The notes beneath the pieces were generated by a model. It saw nothing but the letters and a program-made list of their open reading frames with translations, searched no databases and had not been told where the DNA came from. Shown piece after piece: positions 39,401 to 54,400 of a DNA stretch of 64,000 nucleotides (the first letter of the stretch is position 1; the number at the start of each line of letters is the position of its first letter). The DNA is from Lama glama (Eukaryota): NCBI GenBank assembly GCA_028534125.1, contig CM052820.1:44640001-44704000 (forward strand). Direction: 5' to 3'. The position numbers were made by a program, and so were the translations under genes.

Positions 39401-42400
39401 CAAGACACACAGTGACACTCAAATGGGCCAAACCTGAATATACTGGAGGCTTTAAAATTACCAGCTATATAGTTGAAAAGAGAGACCTTCCTAATGGACG
39501 GTGGCTGAAGGCCAACTTCAGCAACATTTTGGAGAATGAATTTACAGTCAGTGGCCTAACAGAAGATGCTAGATATGAATTCCGTGTGATTGCCAAAAAT
39601 GCTGCTGGGGCTATTAGCCCACCGTCTGAGCCATCAGATGCTATCACATGCAGGGATGACCTTGAAGCACCACGGATAATGGTGGATGTCAAATTTAAGG
39701 ACACGATTACAGTAAAAGCAGGCGAAGCCTTCAAACTGGAAGCTGATGTTGCAGGCCGCCCCCCTCCAACAATGGAATGGACCAAAGACGGAAAGGAGCT
39801 TGAAAATACAGCAAAATTAGAAATTAAAACAGCTGATTTCTCTACTAATCTGGTAAACAAGGACTCATTAAGAAGGGATGGTGGTGCCTATACCCTGACA
39901 GCAACTAATCCTGGTGGTTTTGCTAAACACATCTTCAACGTCAAAGTTCTTGACAGACCAGGCCCACCTGAAGGACCTTTAGCTGTATCTGAAGTGACAT
40001 CAGAAAAATGTGTATTGTCATGGTTGCCACCACTGGATGACGGGGGTGCCAAAATAGATCATTATGTAGTTCAGAAACGTGAAACCAGCAGGCTGGCCTG
40101 GACCAATGTAGCCTCAGAAGTCCAAGTGACAAAACTAAAGGTCACTAAACTTTTGAAAGGCAACGAATACATATTCCGTGTCATGGCTGTAAATAAATAT
40201 GGAGTTGGAGAGCCACTGGAATCAGAGCCTGTGCTTGCAGTAGATCCTTACGGACCTCCTGATCCACCCAAAAATCCTGAAGTTACAGCTATTACCAAAG
40301 AATCCATGGTTGTCTGCTGGGGACATCCTGACTCTGATGGCGGAAGTGAAATCATCAATTACATCGTGGAGCGGCGTGACAAAGCCGGCCAACGCTGGGT
40401 GAAATGCAACAAGAAAACCCTTACTGATTTAAGATATAAAGTGTCTGGACTGACAGAAGGGCATGAATATGAGTTCAGGATTATGGCTGAGAACGCTGCT
40501 GGAGTTAGCGCACCGAGTGCTACCAGTCCGTTCTATAAAGCTTGTGACGCTGTGTTTAAACCTGGTCCCCCAGGGAATCCCCGTGTTCTAGACACAAGCA
40601 GATCCTCCATTTCAATTGCTTGGAACAAACCCATCTATGATGGTGGTTCCGAAATCACTGGGTATATGGTTGAGATCGCCCTGCCAGAAGAAGACGAATG
40701 GAAGATTGTCACTCCACCAGCCGGGCTCAAGGCAACTTCTTACACCATCACTAACCTCGTCGAGAATCAAGAATATAAAATCCGCATCTATGCCATGAAT
40801 TCTGAAGGCATCGGGGAACCTGCCCTTGTGCCTGGAACTCCCAAGGCTGAGGACAGGATGCTGCCTCCAGAGATTGAACTGGATGCCGACCTGCGCAAAG
40901 TTGTGACTATCAGAGCTTGTTGTACCCTAAGACTTTTTGTTCCAATCAAAGGCAGGCCTGCACCGGAGGTGAAGTGGACCCGGGAACATGGAGAATCTTT
41001 GGATAAAGCTAGCATTGAATCCACAAGCTCTTACACCCTACTTATTGTCGGAAATGTAAACAGATTCGACAGTGGCAAATACATACTAACTGTAGAAAAC
41101 AGCTCAGGCAGCAAGTCTGCATTTGTTAACGTGAGAGTACTGGACACACCAGGCCCTCCGCAGGATCTGAAGGTAAAGGAGGTCACTAAGACATCTGTCA
41201 CCCTGACGTGGGAGCCTCCTCTTCTCGACGGAGGTTCAAAAATAAAGAACTATATTGTTGAAAAGCGGGAATCAACAAGGAAAGCGTATTCAACTGTTGC
41301 AACAAACTGTCACAAGACTTCCTGGAAGATAGATCAGCTTCAGGAAGGCTGTAGCTACTACTTCAGGGTGCTCGCTGAAAATGAATATGGCATCGGGCTG
41401 CCAGCTGAAACCGCAGAATCTGTGAAAGTATCAGAACGCCCTCTTCCTCCAGGAAAAATAACTCTGGTGGACGTCACAAGAAACAGCGTGTCACTCTCTT
41501 GGGAGAAACCTGAGCATGACGGAGGCAGCCGAATTCTAGGCTACATCGTAGAGATGCAGAGCAAAGGCAGTGACAAATGGGTCACGTGTGCCACAGTCAA
41601 AGTCACCGAAGCCACTATTACTGGATTAATTCAGGGTGAAGAGTACTCTTTCCGGGTTTCGGCTCAGAATGAGAAGGGCATCAGTGACCCGAGACAACTG
41701 AGTGTGACAGTAATCGCCAAGGACCTCGTTATTCCACCAGCCTTCAAACTCCTGTTCAATACTTTCACTGTTCTGGCAGGTGAAGACCTCAAAGTTGACG
41801 TTCCCTTCATCGGACGCCCTACACCAGCTGTCACCTGGCATAAAGATGATGTACCACTGAAGCAGACAACGAGAGTGAATGCAGAGAGCACAGAAAATAA
41901 CTCACTGCTGACGATAAAGGAAGCCTGCCGAGAAGATGTTGGACATTACATAGTTAAACTGACTAACTCAGCTGGTGAAGCTACTGAAACCCTAAATGTT
42001 ATCGTTCTTGACAAACCAGGGCCTCCAACAGGACCTGTTAAAATAGATGAAGTGACAGCTGATAGTATTACTCTCTCCTGGGACCCACCAAAGTATGACG
42101 GCGGAAGCTCTATCAATAATTACATTGTAGAGAAACGGGACACGTCCACAACCACTTGGCAGATTGTGTCGGCTACTGTTGCAAGGACAACAATAAAAGC
42201 TTGCAGATTAAAGACTGGATGTGAGTATCAGTTTAGGATTGCTGCTGAAAACAGATATGGAAAGAGCACCTACCTCAATTCAGAGCCTGTTGTAGCCCAG
42301 TATCCCTTCAAGGTTCCTGGTCCTCCTGGCACACCGTTCGTAACGCTCTCCTCCAAGGACAGCATGGAAGTGCAGTGGAACGAGCCAGTCAGTGACGGAG

Positions 42401-45400
42401 GCAGCAAAGTCATTGGCTATCACCTAGAACGCAAGGAAAGAAACAGCATCCTCTGGGTTAAGCTGAATAAAACACCTATTCCTCAAACCAAGTTTAAAAC
42501 AACTGGTCTTGACGAAGGCATTGAGTATGAATTTAGAGTCTCCGCAGAGAACATTGTGGGTATCGGCAAGCCAAGTAAAGTGTCAGAATGCTACACAGCC
42601 CGTGATCCATGTGATCCGCCAGGCAGGCCAGAGGCGATCATCGTCACAAGGAATTCCGTGACTCTTCAGTGGAAGAAACCCACTTACGATGGCGGAAGCA
42701 AGATCACCGGTTATATTGTTGAGAAGAAAGAATTGCCCGAGGGCCGCTGGATGAAAGCCAGTTTTACGAATGTTATTGACACTCAATTTGAAGTCACTGG
42801 CTTAGTGGAAGATCACAGATACGAGTTTCGGGTTATAGCTCGAAATGCTGCAGGCGTGTTCAGTGAGCCTTCAGAAAGCACAGGGGCAATAACAGCAAGA
42901 GACGAGACAGAACCACCACGAATACGTATGGATCCAAAATACAAAGACACAGTTGTGGTTCACGCTGGTGAGTTATTCAAGATTGATGCAGATATTTATG
43001 GTAAACCAATACCCACCACTGAGTGGATAAAAGGTGACCAGGAGCTTTCAAATACAGCTCGACTGGAAATAAAGAGCACTGATTTTGCCACCAGTCTCAG
43101 TGTAAAGGATGCAGTACGTGTCGACAGTGGAAACTACATCCTGAAGGCCAAAAATGTTGCAGGAGAGAAATCAGTCACTGTCAGTGTCAAAGTTCTTGAC
43201 AGACCAGGGCCACCTGAAGGACCTATTGTTATATCAGGAGTTACAGCAGAAAAATGTACACTAGCCTGGAAACCCCCGCTCCAGGATGGTGGGAGTGATA
43301 TCATAAATTATATTGTGGAAAGGAGAGAAACCAGCCGCTTGGTTTGGACTGTGGTTGATGCCAACGTGCAGACTCTCAGCTGCAAGGTTACTAAGCTTCT
43401 TGAAGGCAATGAATATATTTTCCGTGTAATGGCTGTAAACAAATACGGTGTGGGCGAACCTCTTGAATCTGAGCCAGTAATTGCCAAGAATCCATTTGTA
43501 GTGCCAGACGCACCAAAGGCTCCAGAAATCACAGCAGTGACCAAGGACTCAATGATTGTCGTGTGGGAAAGGCCAGCATCCGACGGTGGCAGTGAAATTC
43601 TTGGATATGTTCTTGAAAAACGGGATAAAGAGGGCATCCGATGGACAAGATGCCACAAACGTCTGATTGGGGAATTGCGCTTGAGAGTAACTGGACTCTT
43701 AGAAAATCACAATTATGAGTTCAGAGTCTCAGCCGAGAACGCTGCTGGCCTCAGTGAACCAAGCCCACCTTCTGCTCACCAAAAGGCTTGTGATCCTATT
43801 TATAAACCAGGACCTCCAAACAATCCCAGAGTCACTGATATTACCAGATCGTCTGTCTTCCTTTCCTGGGGCAAACCAATATATGACGGTGGCTGTGAAA
43901 TCCAAGGATACATTGTAGAAAAATGTGACGTGAGTGTTGGTGAATGGACCATGTGCACTCCACCAACTGGAATCAGCAAAACAAATATAGAAGTAGAGAA
44001 GCTGTTGGAAAAGCATGAATACAACTTCCGTATTTGTGCTGTTAACAAAGCTGGAGTTGGAGAACATGCTGATGTCCCTGGACCCGTTATAGTTGAANNN
44101 NNNNNNNNNNNNNNNNNNNNNNNNNNNNNNNNNNNNNNNNNNNNNNNNNNNNNNNNNNNNNNNNNNNNNNNNNNNNNNNNNNNNNNNNNNNNNNNNNNNN
44201 NNNNNNNNNNNNNNNNNNNNNNNNNNNNNNNNNNNNNNNNNNNNNGAGACGCAGCTATAATTGACATCACTAGCAGCTTCACCTCTCTTGTTCTTGACAA
44301 CGTCAACCGATATGATACTGGAAAATATACTCTCACGTTGGAAAACAGCAGTGGAACAAAGTCTGCCTTTGTTACTGTGAGAGTCCTGGACACACCAAGT
44401 CCACCTGTTAATCTGAAAGTCACAGAAATCACGAAAGACTCAGTATCAATTACATGGGAACCTCCTCTGCTGGATGGGGGATCCAAAATTAAAAATTACA
44501 TTGTTGAGAAACGTGAAGCCACAAGAAAATCATATGCTGCAGTTGTAACAAATTGCCATAAGAATTCGTGGAAGATTGATCAACTCCAGGAAGGATGCAG
44601 TTACTACTTTAGAGTCACAGCTGAGAATGAGTATGGTATTGGCCTTCCTGCCCACACTGATGAGCCAGTTAAGGTTGCAGAAGTCCCACAACCTCCAGGA
44701 AAAATAACTGTGGACGATGTCACCAGAAACAGTGTCTCCTTGAGTTGGACAAAGCCTGAACATGATGGTGGCAGTAAAATCCTTCAGTATATTGTGGAAA
44801 TGCAAGCTAAACGCAGTGAGAAGTGGTCAGAATGTGCTCGAGTCAAGTCCCTTGAAGCAGTAATTACCAACCTAACTCAGGGAGAAGAGTATCTTTTTAG
44901 AGTTGTTGCTGTAAATGAAAAGGGGAGAAGTGATCCGCGGTCTCTTGCAGTTCCAATTGTTGCCAAAGATCTGGTCATTGAGCCAGATGTAAGACCTGCA
45001 TTCAACAGTTATAGTATACAGGTTGGCCAGGATTTGAAAATAGAAGTGCCAATTTCTGGACGTCCTAAGCCAACTATTACCTGGACTAAAGATGGTCTTC
45101 CACTGAAGCAGACTACAAGAATCAATGTGACTGATTCACTTGACCTCACTGTACTCAGTATTAAAGAAACTCATAAGGATGATGGTGGACATTATGGAAT
45201 CACCGTTGCTAACGTTGTGGGTCAGAAAACAGCATCCATTGAAATTATAACTCTAGATAAACCTGATCCTCCAAAAGGACCTGTTAAATTTGATGAAGTC
45301 AGTGCTGAAAGTATAACATTGTCTTGGGAACCTCCATTATATACAGGGGGCTGTCAGATCACCAACTACATAGTTCAGAAGAGAGATACAACTACCACAG

Positions 45401-48400
45401 TATGGGAAGTTGTTTCCGCTACTGTTGCCAGAACTACACTCAAAGTAACCAAACTGAAAACTGGTACTGAATACCAATTCAGAATATTTGCTGAAAACAG
45501 ATACGGACAAAGCTTTGCCTTAGAATCTGAGCCGATTGTAGCTCAATATCCCTACAAAGAACCAGGCCCTCCAGGCACACCATTTGTCACAGCCATTTCC
45601 AAAGACTCCATGGTTGTACAGTGGCATGAACCAGTCAATAACGGTGGAAGCCCCGTCATAGGTTACCACCTTGAGAAAAAGGAAAGAAACAGTATCTTGT
45701 GGACAAAAGTCAACAAAACTATTATTCATGACACTCAGTTTAAAGCAGTCAATCTTGAAGAAGGCATTGAATATGAATTCAGAGTTTATGCTGAAAATAT
45801 CGTTGGTGTAGGCAAAGCAAGCAAGAATTCAGAATGCTATGTAGCCAGAGATCCCTGTGACCCACCAGGAACCCCAGAAGCAATAATAGTTAAAAGAAAT
45901 GAAATCACTTTACAGTGGACCAAACCTGCATATGATGGTGGAAGTGTGATTACAGGTTATATTGTAGAGAAACGTGATTTGCCTGAGGGTCGCTGGATGA
46001 AAGCCAGCTTCACAAATGTCATTGAAACCCAATTTACTGTGTCAGGTCTTACTGAAGATCAAAGATATGAATTCAGAGTCCTTGCAAAGNNNNNNNNNNN
46101 NNNNNNNNNNNNNNNNNNNNNNNNNNNNNNNNNNNNNNNNNNNNNNNNNNNNNNNNNNNNNNNNNNNNNNNNNNNNNNNNNNNNNNNNNNNNNNNNNNNN
46201 NNNNNNNNNNNNNNNNNNNNNNNNNNNNNNNNNNNNNATGTCCATGGAAAGCCCCTCCCTACCATTGAGTGGTTAAGAGGAGATAAGGAAATTGAAGAAT
46301 CTGCTAGATGTGAAATAAAGAACACAGATTTCAAGGCTTTACTTATTATAAAGGATGCCATTAGAATTGACAGTGGACAGTATATCTTACGAGCCTCAAA
46401 TGTTGCAGGTTCTAAGTCATTCCCAGTAAATGTAAAAGTATTAGATAGACCAGGACCTCCAGAAGGGCCAGTCCAGGTTACTGGAGTCACTGCTGAAAAA
46501 TGCACTTTAACATGGTCTCCACCACTTCAAGATGGTGGCAGTGACATTTCTCACTATGTTGTTGAAAAGAGAGAAACAAGTCGGCTTGCCTGGACTGTTG
46601 TTGCTTCAGAGGTTGTAACCAATTCTCTGAAAATTACCAAACTCTTAGAAGGGAATGAATATATTTTCCGTATAATGGCTGTCAACAAATATGGTGTTGG
46701 AGAGCCTTTGGAATCTGCACCAGTACTAATGAAAAATCCATTTGTGCTTCCTGGGCCACCAAAAAGCTTAGAAGTCACGAACATTGCCAAGGANNNNNNN
46801 NNNNNNNNNNNNNNNNNNNNNNNNNNNNNNNNNNNNNNNNNNNNNNNNNNNNNNNNNNNNNNNNNNNNNNNNNNNNNNNNNNNNNNNNNNNNNNNNNNNN
46901 NNNNNNNNNNNNNNNNNNNNNNNNNNNNNNNNNNNNNNNNNNNNNNNNNNNNNNNNNNNNNNNNNNNNNNNNNNNNNNNNNNNNNNNNNNNNNNNNNNNN
47001 NNNNNNNNNNNNNNCTACAGTTTATTATAAAGCTTGTGATCCTGTGTTCAAACCTGGCCCCCCCATCAATGCACACGTTGTAGACACCACTAAAAATTCA
47101 ATTACACTTGCCTGGGGTAAACCCATCTACGATGGTGGCAGTGAGATCCTGGGCTATGTAGTAGAAATCTGCAAAGCAGATGAAGAAGAATGGCAAATAG
47201 TTACTCCACAGACTGGCCTGAGAGCCAATCGATTTGAAATTTCCAAACTCACTGAACACCAAGAATATAAAATACGCGTCTGTGCCCTCAATAAAGCTGG
47301 TTTAGGTGAGGCCACCTCAGTTCCTGGCACTGTGAAACCAGAAGATAAACTTGAAGCACCCGAACTTGACCTTGACTCTGAATTAAGGAAAGGAATAGTC
47401 GTGAGAGCTGGTGGATCTGTCAGAATAAACATTCCATTCAAAGGTCGCCCAACACCGGAGATCACTTGGTCTCGAGAGGAAGGTGAATTCACAGATAAGG
47501 TCCAAACTGAAAAAGGAGCAAACTATACCCAGCTGTCAATAGATAACTGTGATAGAAATGATGCTGGAAAATATATTCTCAAGCTAGAAAACAGCAGTGG
47601 GTCAAAATCTGCTTTTGTCACTGTGAAAGTTCTCGATACCCCAGGGCCACCACAGAATTTGGCAGTCAAAGACGTGAAAAAAGACTCTGTCCTTCTGGTA
47701 TGGGAACCACCCATCATCGATGGGGGCGCAAAGGTCAAGAACTATGTTATTGACAAACGTGAGTCAACCAGAAAAGCATATGCTAATGTGAGTAATAAAT
47801 GCAGCAAAACAAGCTTTAAAGTTGAGAATCTTACAGAAGGAGCCATCTATTACTTTAGAGTCATGGCTGAAAATGAATTTGGAGTTGGTGTCCCAGTGGA
47901 AACTGTTGATGCTGTGAAAGCTGCTGAACCTCCATCCCCACCAGGAAAGGTTACGCTCACTGATGTGTCCCAGACCAGTGCATCGCTGATGTGGGAGAAA
48001 CCTGAACATGATGGTGGTAGCAGAATCCTGGGGTATGTCGTTGAAATGCAGCCCAGAGGAACCGAAAAGTGGAGTGTTGTGGCTGAATCCAAAGTCTGTA
48101 ATGCAGTTGTTACTGGTTTGAGTTCTGGACAAGAATATCAGTTCCGCGTCAAGGCTTACAACGAGAAAGGCCAGAGCGATCCAAGGGTGCTTGGTGTTCC
48201 CGTCATAGCCAAGGACTTGACTATACCACCTACTTTTAAGTTACCATTTAACACCTATACTGTCCAAGCTAGAGAAGATCTTAAAATCGAAATTCCTGTT
48301 ATTGGCCGACCAAGACCTAGTATTTCATGGGTCAAAGATGGTGAGCCTCTTAAACAGACGACAAGAGTAAATGTTGAGGAAACAGCTACATCAACTATTT

Positions 48401-51400
48401 TGCACATTAAAGAAAGCAACAAAGATGACTTTGGAAAATACACCGTAACAGCAACAAACAGTGCAGGTACAGCAACAGAAAATCTGAGCATTATCGTTTT
48501 GGAAAAGCCTGGANNNNNNNNNNNNNNNNNNNNNNNNNNNNNNNNNNNNNNNNNNNNNNNNNNNNNNNNNNNNNNNNNNNNNNNNNNNNNNNNNNNNNNN
48601 NNNNNNNNNNNNNNNNNNNNNNNNNNNNNNNNNNNNNNNNNNNNNACTTGGCATACGGTATCAGCAACAGTTGCAAGAACAACAATTAAAATAACCAAGC
48701 TGAAAACGGGCAGTGAGTACCAGTTTAGAATTTTTGCAGAAAACAGGTATGGAAAAAGTGCCCCCTTGGATTCTAAACCAGTTATTGTACAATATCCATT
48801 TAAAGAACCTGGGCCACCTGGCACTCCTTTTGTGACATCAGTCTCGAAAGATCAAATGCTAGTGCAATGGCATGAGCCAGTTAACGATGGAGGCAGCAAA
48901 GTTATTGGCTACCATCTTGAACAGAAAGAAAAGAACAGCATTCTGTGGGTCAAATTAAATAAGACTCCCATTCAAGACACCAAATTCAAAACAACCACGA
49001 TTGACGAAGGCCTGGAGTACGAGTTCAAAGTTTCTGCCGAAAACATTGTTGGCATTGGCAAGCCGAGCAAAGTGTCAGAATGCTTTGTTGCTCGTGACCC
49101 ATGTGNNNNNNNNNNNNNNNNNNNNNNNNNNNNNNNNNNNNNNNNNNNNNNNNNNNNNNNNNNNNNNNNNNNNNNNNNNNNNNNNNNNNNNNNNNNNNNN
49201 NNNNNNNNNNNNNNNNNNNNNNNNNNNNNNNNNNNNNGTTGGATGAAAGCCAGCTTTACCAATGTATTAGAAACTGAATTTACAGTGAGTGGCCTTGTAG
49301 AAGACCAAAGGTATGAATTTAGAGTAATTGCAAGAAATGCAGCTGGCAACTTTAGTGAACCATCTGAAAGCACTGGTGCCATTACTGCACGAGACGAAAT
49401 CGATGCACCAAATGCCTCGCTGGATCCGAAATACAAAGATCTCATCGTGGTTCGTGCAGGAGAGACTTTTGTCCTTGAAGCTGACATTCGGGGCAAACCT
49501 ATACCTGATATTGTTTGGTCAAAAGATGGAAAAGAGCTTGAAGAAACTGCCGCCAGGATGGAAATTAAGTCTACTATTCAGAAAACAACTCTTGTCGTCA
49601 AAGACTGTATACGTAGTGATGGAGGACAATATATTCTGAAACTCAGCAATGTCGGTGGCACGAAGTCTATACCAATCACTGTAAAGGTACTTGACAGGCC
49701 GGGGCCTCCTGAAGGGCCTCTGAAAGTTTCTGGCGTTACTGCTGAAAAATGTTACCTGGCATGGAACCCACCTCTACAAGATGGCGGTGCTAGTATTTCA
49801 CATTACATCATTGAAAAGAGAGAGACAAGCAGACTCTCCTGGACCCAAGTTTCAACTGAGGTACAGGCCCTTAACTACAAAGTCACTAAACTTCTTCCTG
49901 GTAACGAGTACATCTTCCGTGTCATGGCTGTGAATAAATACGGAATCGGAGAGCCTCTGGAATCTGAGCCTGTTATAGCCCGTAATCCTTATAAACCACC
50001 AGGTCCTCCTTCACCACCTGAAGCCTCTGCAATCACCAAAGATTCTATGGTCGTGACATGGGCACGCCCAGTAGATGATGGAGGTGCTGAGATTGAGGGC
50101 TACATTCTTGAAAAGCGTGATAAGGAAGGTGTTAGATGGACCAAGTGCAACAAGAAAACACTAACAGATCTTCGATTCAGGGTAACTGGCCTTACTGAAG
50201 GGCACTCCTACGAATTCAGAGTTGCTGCTGAAAATGCAGCTGGTGTGGGTGAACCCAGCGAGCCATCTGTTTTCTATCGTGCGTGTGATGCTTTGTATCC
50301 ACCAGGACCCCCAAGTAATCCCAAAGTGACAGACACTTCCCGCTCTTCTGTCTCCCTCGCGTGGAATAAGCCAATTTACGACGGTGGTGCACCTGTTAAG
50401 GGCTATGTTGTGGAAGTCAAAGAAGCCACTGCCGACGAATGGACAACCTGCACTCCACCAACAGGATTACAAGGAAAGCAGTTCACGGTGACCAAGCTTA
50501 AAGAAAATACTGAATATAGCTTCCGTATCTGTGCCATCAATTCTGAAGGTGTAGGAGAGCCTGCAGCCATACCTGGCTCAGTTGTTGCTAAAGAGAGGCA
50601 AGAGCCTCCAGAAATAGAACTCGACGCTGATCTCAGGAAAGTGGTTGTTCTGCGAGCCAGCACGACCTTACGCTTATTTGTCACCATCAAGGGTCGACCG
50701 GAACCTGAAGTGAAGTGGGAAAAGGCCGAAGGCATTCTCACCGAGAGGGCCCAGATTGAGGTGACCAGCTCATATACAATGTTGGTAATTGATAACGTCA
50801 CCAGATTTGACAGTGGTCGGTATAATCTAACACTGGAAAATAACAGTGGCTCTAAAACCGCTTTTGTTAACGTCAGAGTTCTCGACTCACCCAGCGCCCC
50901 TGTGAACCTGACTGTAAGAGAAGTGAAGAAAGACTCAGTGGTGTTGGCGTGGGAACCACCACTTATTGACGGTGGAGCTAAGATCACAAACTACATCGTC
51001 GAAAAACGAGAAACAACAAGAAAAGCATATGCTACCGTTACAAATAATTGCACCAAGAATACTTTCAAAATTGAAAATCTGCTAGAAGGATGTTCTTACT
51101 ACTTCCGAGTCTTGGCTTGCAATGAATATGGGATTGGTTTGCCAGCTGAAACAACTGAACCGGTTAAAGCTTCTGAACCACCCCTCCCACCTGGAAGAGT
51201 AACTCTTGTGGACGTGACCCGTAACACAGCCACGATTAAGTGGGAGAAACCAGAAAGTGATGGTGGCAGCAAAATTACTGGTTATGTGGTTGAAATGCAG
51301 ACTAAAGGGAGTGAAAAATGGAGCATCTGCACACAAGTTAAGACTCTAGAGGCAACTATATCTGGCCTAAGTGCTGGAGAGGAGTATACCTTCAGGGTAT

Positions 51401-54400
51401 CCGCCATTAATGAAAAAGGAAAAAGTGACCCAAGACAACTGGGAGTGCCGGTAATTGCAAGGGATATTGAGATAAAGCCTTCAGTTGAGCTTCCTTTCAA
51501 TACTTTCAACGTAAAGGCTAGAGACCAACTTAAGATTGATGTTCCATTTAAAGGAAGACCTCAAGCTACTGTAATTTGGAAAAAAGATGGTCAGGCTCTT
51601 AAAGAGACAACTAGAGTCAATGTTTCTTCTTCCAAGACTGTAACATCACTAACTATTAAGGAAGCTTCAAGGGAAGATGTTGGAACTTATGAATTATGTG
51701 TTTCAAACAGTGCTGGATCCCTAACTGTTCCTATTACTGTAATTGTTCTTGACAAACCAGGACCTCCTGGACCTATACATATTGATGAGGTTAGCTGCGA
51801 CAATATAACCATTTCTTGGAATCCTCCAGAATATGATGGTGGCTGCCAAATTAGCAATTACATCGTTGAAAAGAGAGAAACCACTTCTACAGCATGGCAT
51901 GTAGTTTCACAAGCAGTTGCAAGAACATCCATTAAAATTATTCGTCTGATAACAGGAAGTGAGTATCTGTTCCGTGTTTGTGCGGAAAACCGCTACGGAA
52001 AGAGCTCCTACAGTGAATCTTCAGCCGTTGTCGCAGAGTATCCATTCAGCCCCCCAGGTCCTCCTGGTACTCCTAAAGTTGTGCATGCCACAAAATCCAC
52101 CATGATAGTAACCTGGCAAGTGCCAGTTCATGATGGAGGAAGTCAAGTAATTGGCTATCACCTGGAATATAAAGAAAGAAGCAGCATTCTTTGGTCAAAA
52201 GCAAATAAAATGCTCATCGCCGATACTCAAATGAAAGTCTCTGGCCTTGATGAAGGACTGATGTATGAGTATCGTGTATATGCTGAGAATATTGCTGGAA
52301 TTGGTAAGTGCAGTAAATCCTGTGAACCAGTCCCTGCAAGAGACCCTTGTGACCCTCCTGGACAACCTGAAGTCACAAATATCACAAGAAAATCAGTGTC
52401 ACTTAAATGGTCTAAACCACATTATGATGGTGGAGCTAAGATCACGGGATACATTATTGAACGCCGAGAACTACCAGATGGTCGGTGGCTGAAGTGCAAT
52501 TATACTAATGTCCAAGAAACATACTTTGAAGTAACCGAACTTACTGAAGATCAGCGTTACGAATTCCGGGTGTTTGCAAAGAATGCTGCTGACTCAATCA
52601 GTGAGCCATCTGAATCCACTGGACCTATTACAGTCAAAGACGATGTTGAGGCTCCAAGAATTATGATGGATGTCAAGTTCCGAGCTGTCATTGTTGTCAA
52701 AGCTGGAGAGGTCCTTAAGATAAATGCAGACATTGCAGGGCGACCTCTGCCAATAATTTCCTGGGCCAAGGATGGTGTAGAAATTGAAGAGAGAGCGAGA
52801 ACAGAAATAATCTCTACAGACTATGATACCTTGCTAACAGTGAAAGACTGTGTCCGACGAGACTCTGGGCAGTATGTGCTAACACTGAAGAATGTCGCAG
52901 GAACTCGGTCTATGGCAGTTAATTGCAAGGTTCTCGATAAGCCTGGCCCACCAGCAGGACCACTTGAAATAACTGGCCTAACTGCTGAGAAGTGCTCTCT
53001 TTCCTGGGGACCACCTCAAGAAGATGGCGGTGCAGCAATCGACTATTACATTGTAGAAAAACGTGAGACAAGCCGCCTTGCTTGGACAATATGTGAAGGA
53101 GAGTTAAGGACAACATCCTGTAAAGTAACCAAGTTACTCAAAGGCAACGAATACATCTTTAGAGTAACAGGCGTTAATAAATATGGTGTAGGTGAGCCAC
53201 TAGAGAGTGTGGCTGTAAAGGCACTAGATCCATTTACAGTTCCAAGTCCTCCCACATCTTTGGAAATTACATCTGTGACCAAAGAGTTCATGACACTTTG
53301 CTGGTCGAGACCCGAGAGTGATGGAGGTAGTGAAATCTCTGGATACATAATTGAAAGGCGAGAGAAAAACAGCCTGCGATGGGTGCGTGTAAACAAAAAA
53401 CCAGTTTATGATCTGAGAGTGAAATCCACCGGACTTCGGGAAGGATGTGAATATGAGTATCGGGTATATGCAGAAAATGCTGCTGGCCTGAGCCTTCCAA
53501 GTGAAACCTCTCCCTTAGTTCGGGCAGAAGATCCAGTGTTCTTACCGTCTCCTCCATCCAAACCCACAATCGTGGACTCAGGCAAGACAAATATAACGAT
53601 TAGCTGGGTTAAGCCCTTATTTGATGGTGGGTCCCCAGTAACCGGATACGCTGTAGAATACAAAAAGTCTGATGAAACTGACTGGAAAACTGCCATTCAG
53701 AACTTAAGAGGCACAGAATTTACAATAAGTGGACTAACAACAGGAGGCGAATACGTTTTCAGAGTAAGATCTATCAATAAGGTGGGTGCTAGTGATCCCA
53801 GTGACAGCTCCGATCCCCAGATAGCAAAGGAAAGAGAAGAAGAACCTGTATTTGACCTTGATAGTGAAATGAAGAAGACCTTGATTGTCAAGGCCGGTGC
53901 CTCGTTCACCATGACGGTACCTTTCCGAGGAAGACCAGTCCCCACCGTCTCCTGGAGTAAACCAGACACTGACCTCCGCACTAGAGCTTACATTGACTCC
54001 ACAGACTGTCGTACGTCACTGACTATTGAAAATGCCAACAGAAATGATTCTGGAAAATACACATTAATGATTCAGAATATTTTGAATGCTGCTTCACTGA
54101 CCTTAGTTGTCAAAGTTTTAGATTCTCCCGGTCCTCCAGCCAATATTTCTGTGCGTGATGTCACCAAAGAGTCTGCANNNNNNNNNNNNNNNNNNNNNNN
54201 NNNNNNNNNNNNNNNNNNNNNNNNNNNNNNNNNNNNNNNNNNNNNNNNNNNNNNNNNNNNNNNNNNNNNNNNNNNNNNNNNNNNNNNNNNNNNNNNNNNN
54301 NNNNNNNNNNNNNNNNNACAAGAAGGGGCGATTTATTACTTCAGAGTCTCTGGAGAAAATGAGTTTGGTGTTGGTGTACCAGCCGAAACAAAGGAAGGAG

